From the NCBI GenBank assembly GCA_903904755.1, contig CAIVDV010000045.1, forward strand, positions 43,284 to 107,283: a stretch of 64,000 bases of DNA. The letters are read 5' to 3'. Both the position numbers and the translations under genes were made by a program. Below are positions 63,789 through 64,000 of the stretch, piece after piece (within the stretch, counting starts at the first letter, position 1; each line of letters starts with the position of its first letter). The stretch comes from an uncultured Acidobacteriaceae bacterium. Its GTDB lineage: Bacteria > Acidobacteriota > Terriglobia > Terriglobales > Acidobacteriaceae. Under the pieces are notes generated by a model. The model was given only the letters and a program-made list of their open reading frames with translations. It made no database searches and was not told where the DNA came from.

Positions 63789-64000
63789 CTACTTCGTACC
63801 CTCGGTTTTGCCTTCGAGCGGCTGGGTGACGATGCTGATATTGGTCACTCCGGCCTGCTTGACGGCATCCATGACGCTTGCGAAGGCACCGAAGGGGACA
63901 TGCTCATCGGCGCGGAGATAGACCTCCTGCTTGCCGGGGTCTGAGCCGTTGCGGCGGATCTGGTAGGCCAGGTCGTGGACGTTGATGGGCTGGTCGCCGA
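63789..64000 (-). CDS. tolR: ExbD/TolR-family protein, C-terminal part (5' end beyond the right window edge)
   Basis: Own reverse translation gives ...GDQPINVHDLAYQIRRNGSDPGKQEVYLRADEHVPFGAFASVMDAVKQAGVTNISIVTQPLEGKTEGTK-stop. Absent from the ORF track because it is truncated. Confidence 0.85.
   Translation of the reverse strand, partial: GDQPINVHDLAYQIRRNGSDPGKQEVYLRADEHVPFGAFASVMDAVKQAGVTNISIVTQPLEGKTEGTK

Overview
High-GC (about 60%) bacterial chromosomal segment. Gene content and protein style suggest an Acidobacteriota (Terriglobia-like) genome, but this is an unverified inference. All calls come from reading the supplied six-frame track plus my own translations; no searches were run. 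Many track ORFs are antisense or out-of-frame shadows typical of high-GC DNA, and the track also accepts GTG/TTG starts. Several real genes start downstream of the listed ORF start.

Layout:
- 1-8.9 kb: housekeeping genes. ileS (runs off the left edge), tonB-like, truB, folE plus two tandem PTPS-type pterin synthases plus a GT2, a TlpA-like redoxin, and tRNA-Arg(ACG).
- 8.9-34.6 kb: a complete type VI secretion (T6SS) locus with synteny close to P. aeruginosa H1. One arm is tssK-tssL-tssM-PP2C. The other is tssB-tssC-hcp-tagJ-tssA-tssE-tssF-tssG-clpV-vgrG-eag-PAAR toxin-immunity. It has no tssJ, fha, ppkA or tagF. It has a second, diverged tssK and an unusual tail-anchored proline-rich protein with 7-9 copies of a GGFTxLLxTL-type motif.
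- 34.6-43.9 kb: a glycan/EPS cluster with GT2 genes (one frameshifted at a homopolymer), a hexapeptide acyltransferase, a GT4, a WecB/TagA-STAS fusion and a Wzx-like flippase.
- 44-58.3 kb: energy metabolism. A DAACS symporter; an HAO-family octaheme cytochrome c with an internally duplicated His-rich membrane protein and a hemerythrin; PFOR plus a DHOD-like protein; a DapA-family protein with an insertion; and korAB.
- 58.4-64 kb: an acyltransferase-3 and the Tol-Pal cluster (cpoB, pal, tolB, tolA, tolR partial).

No CRISPR array, rRNA, transposase or integrase was seen. The most novel-looking element is the repeat protein between the two tssK paralogs, together with the orphan PP2C phosphatase.
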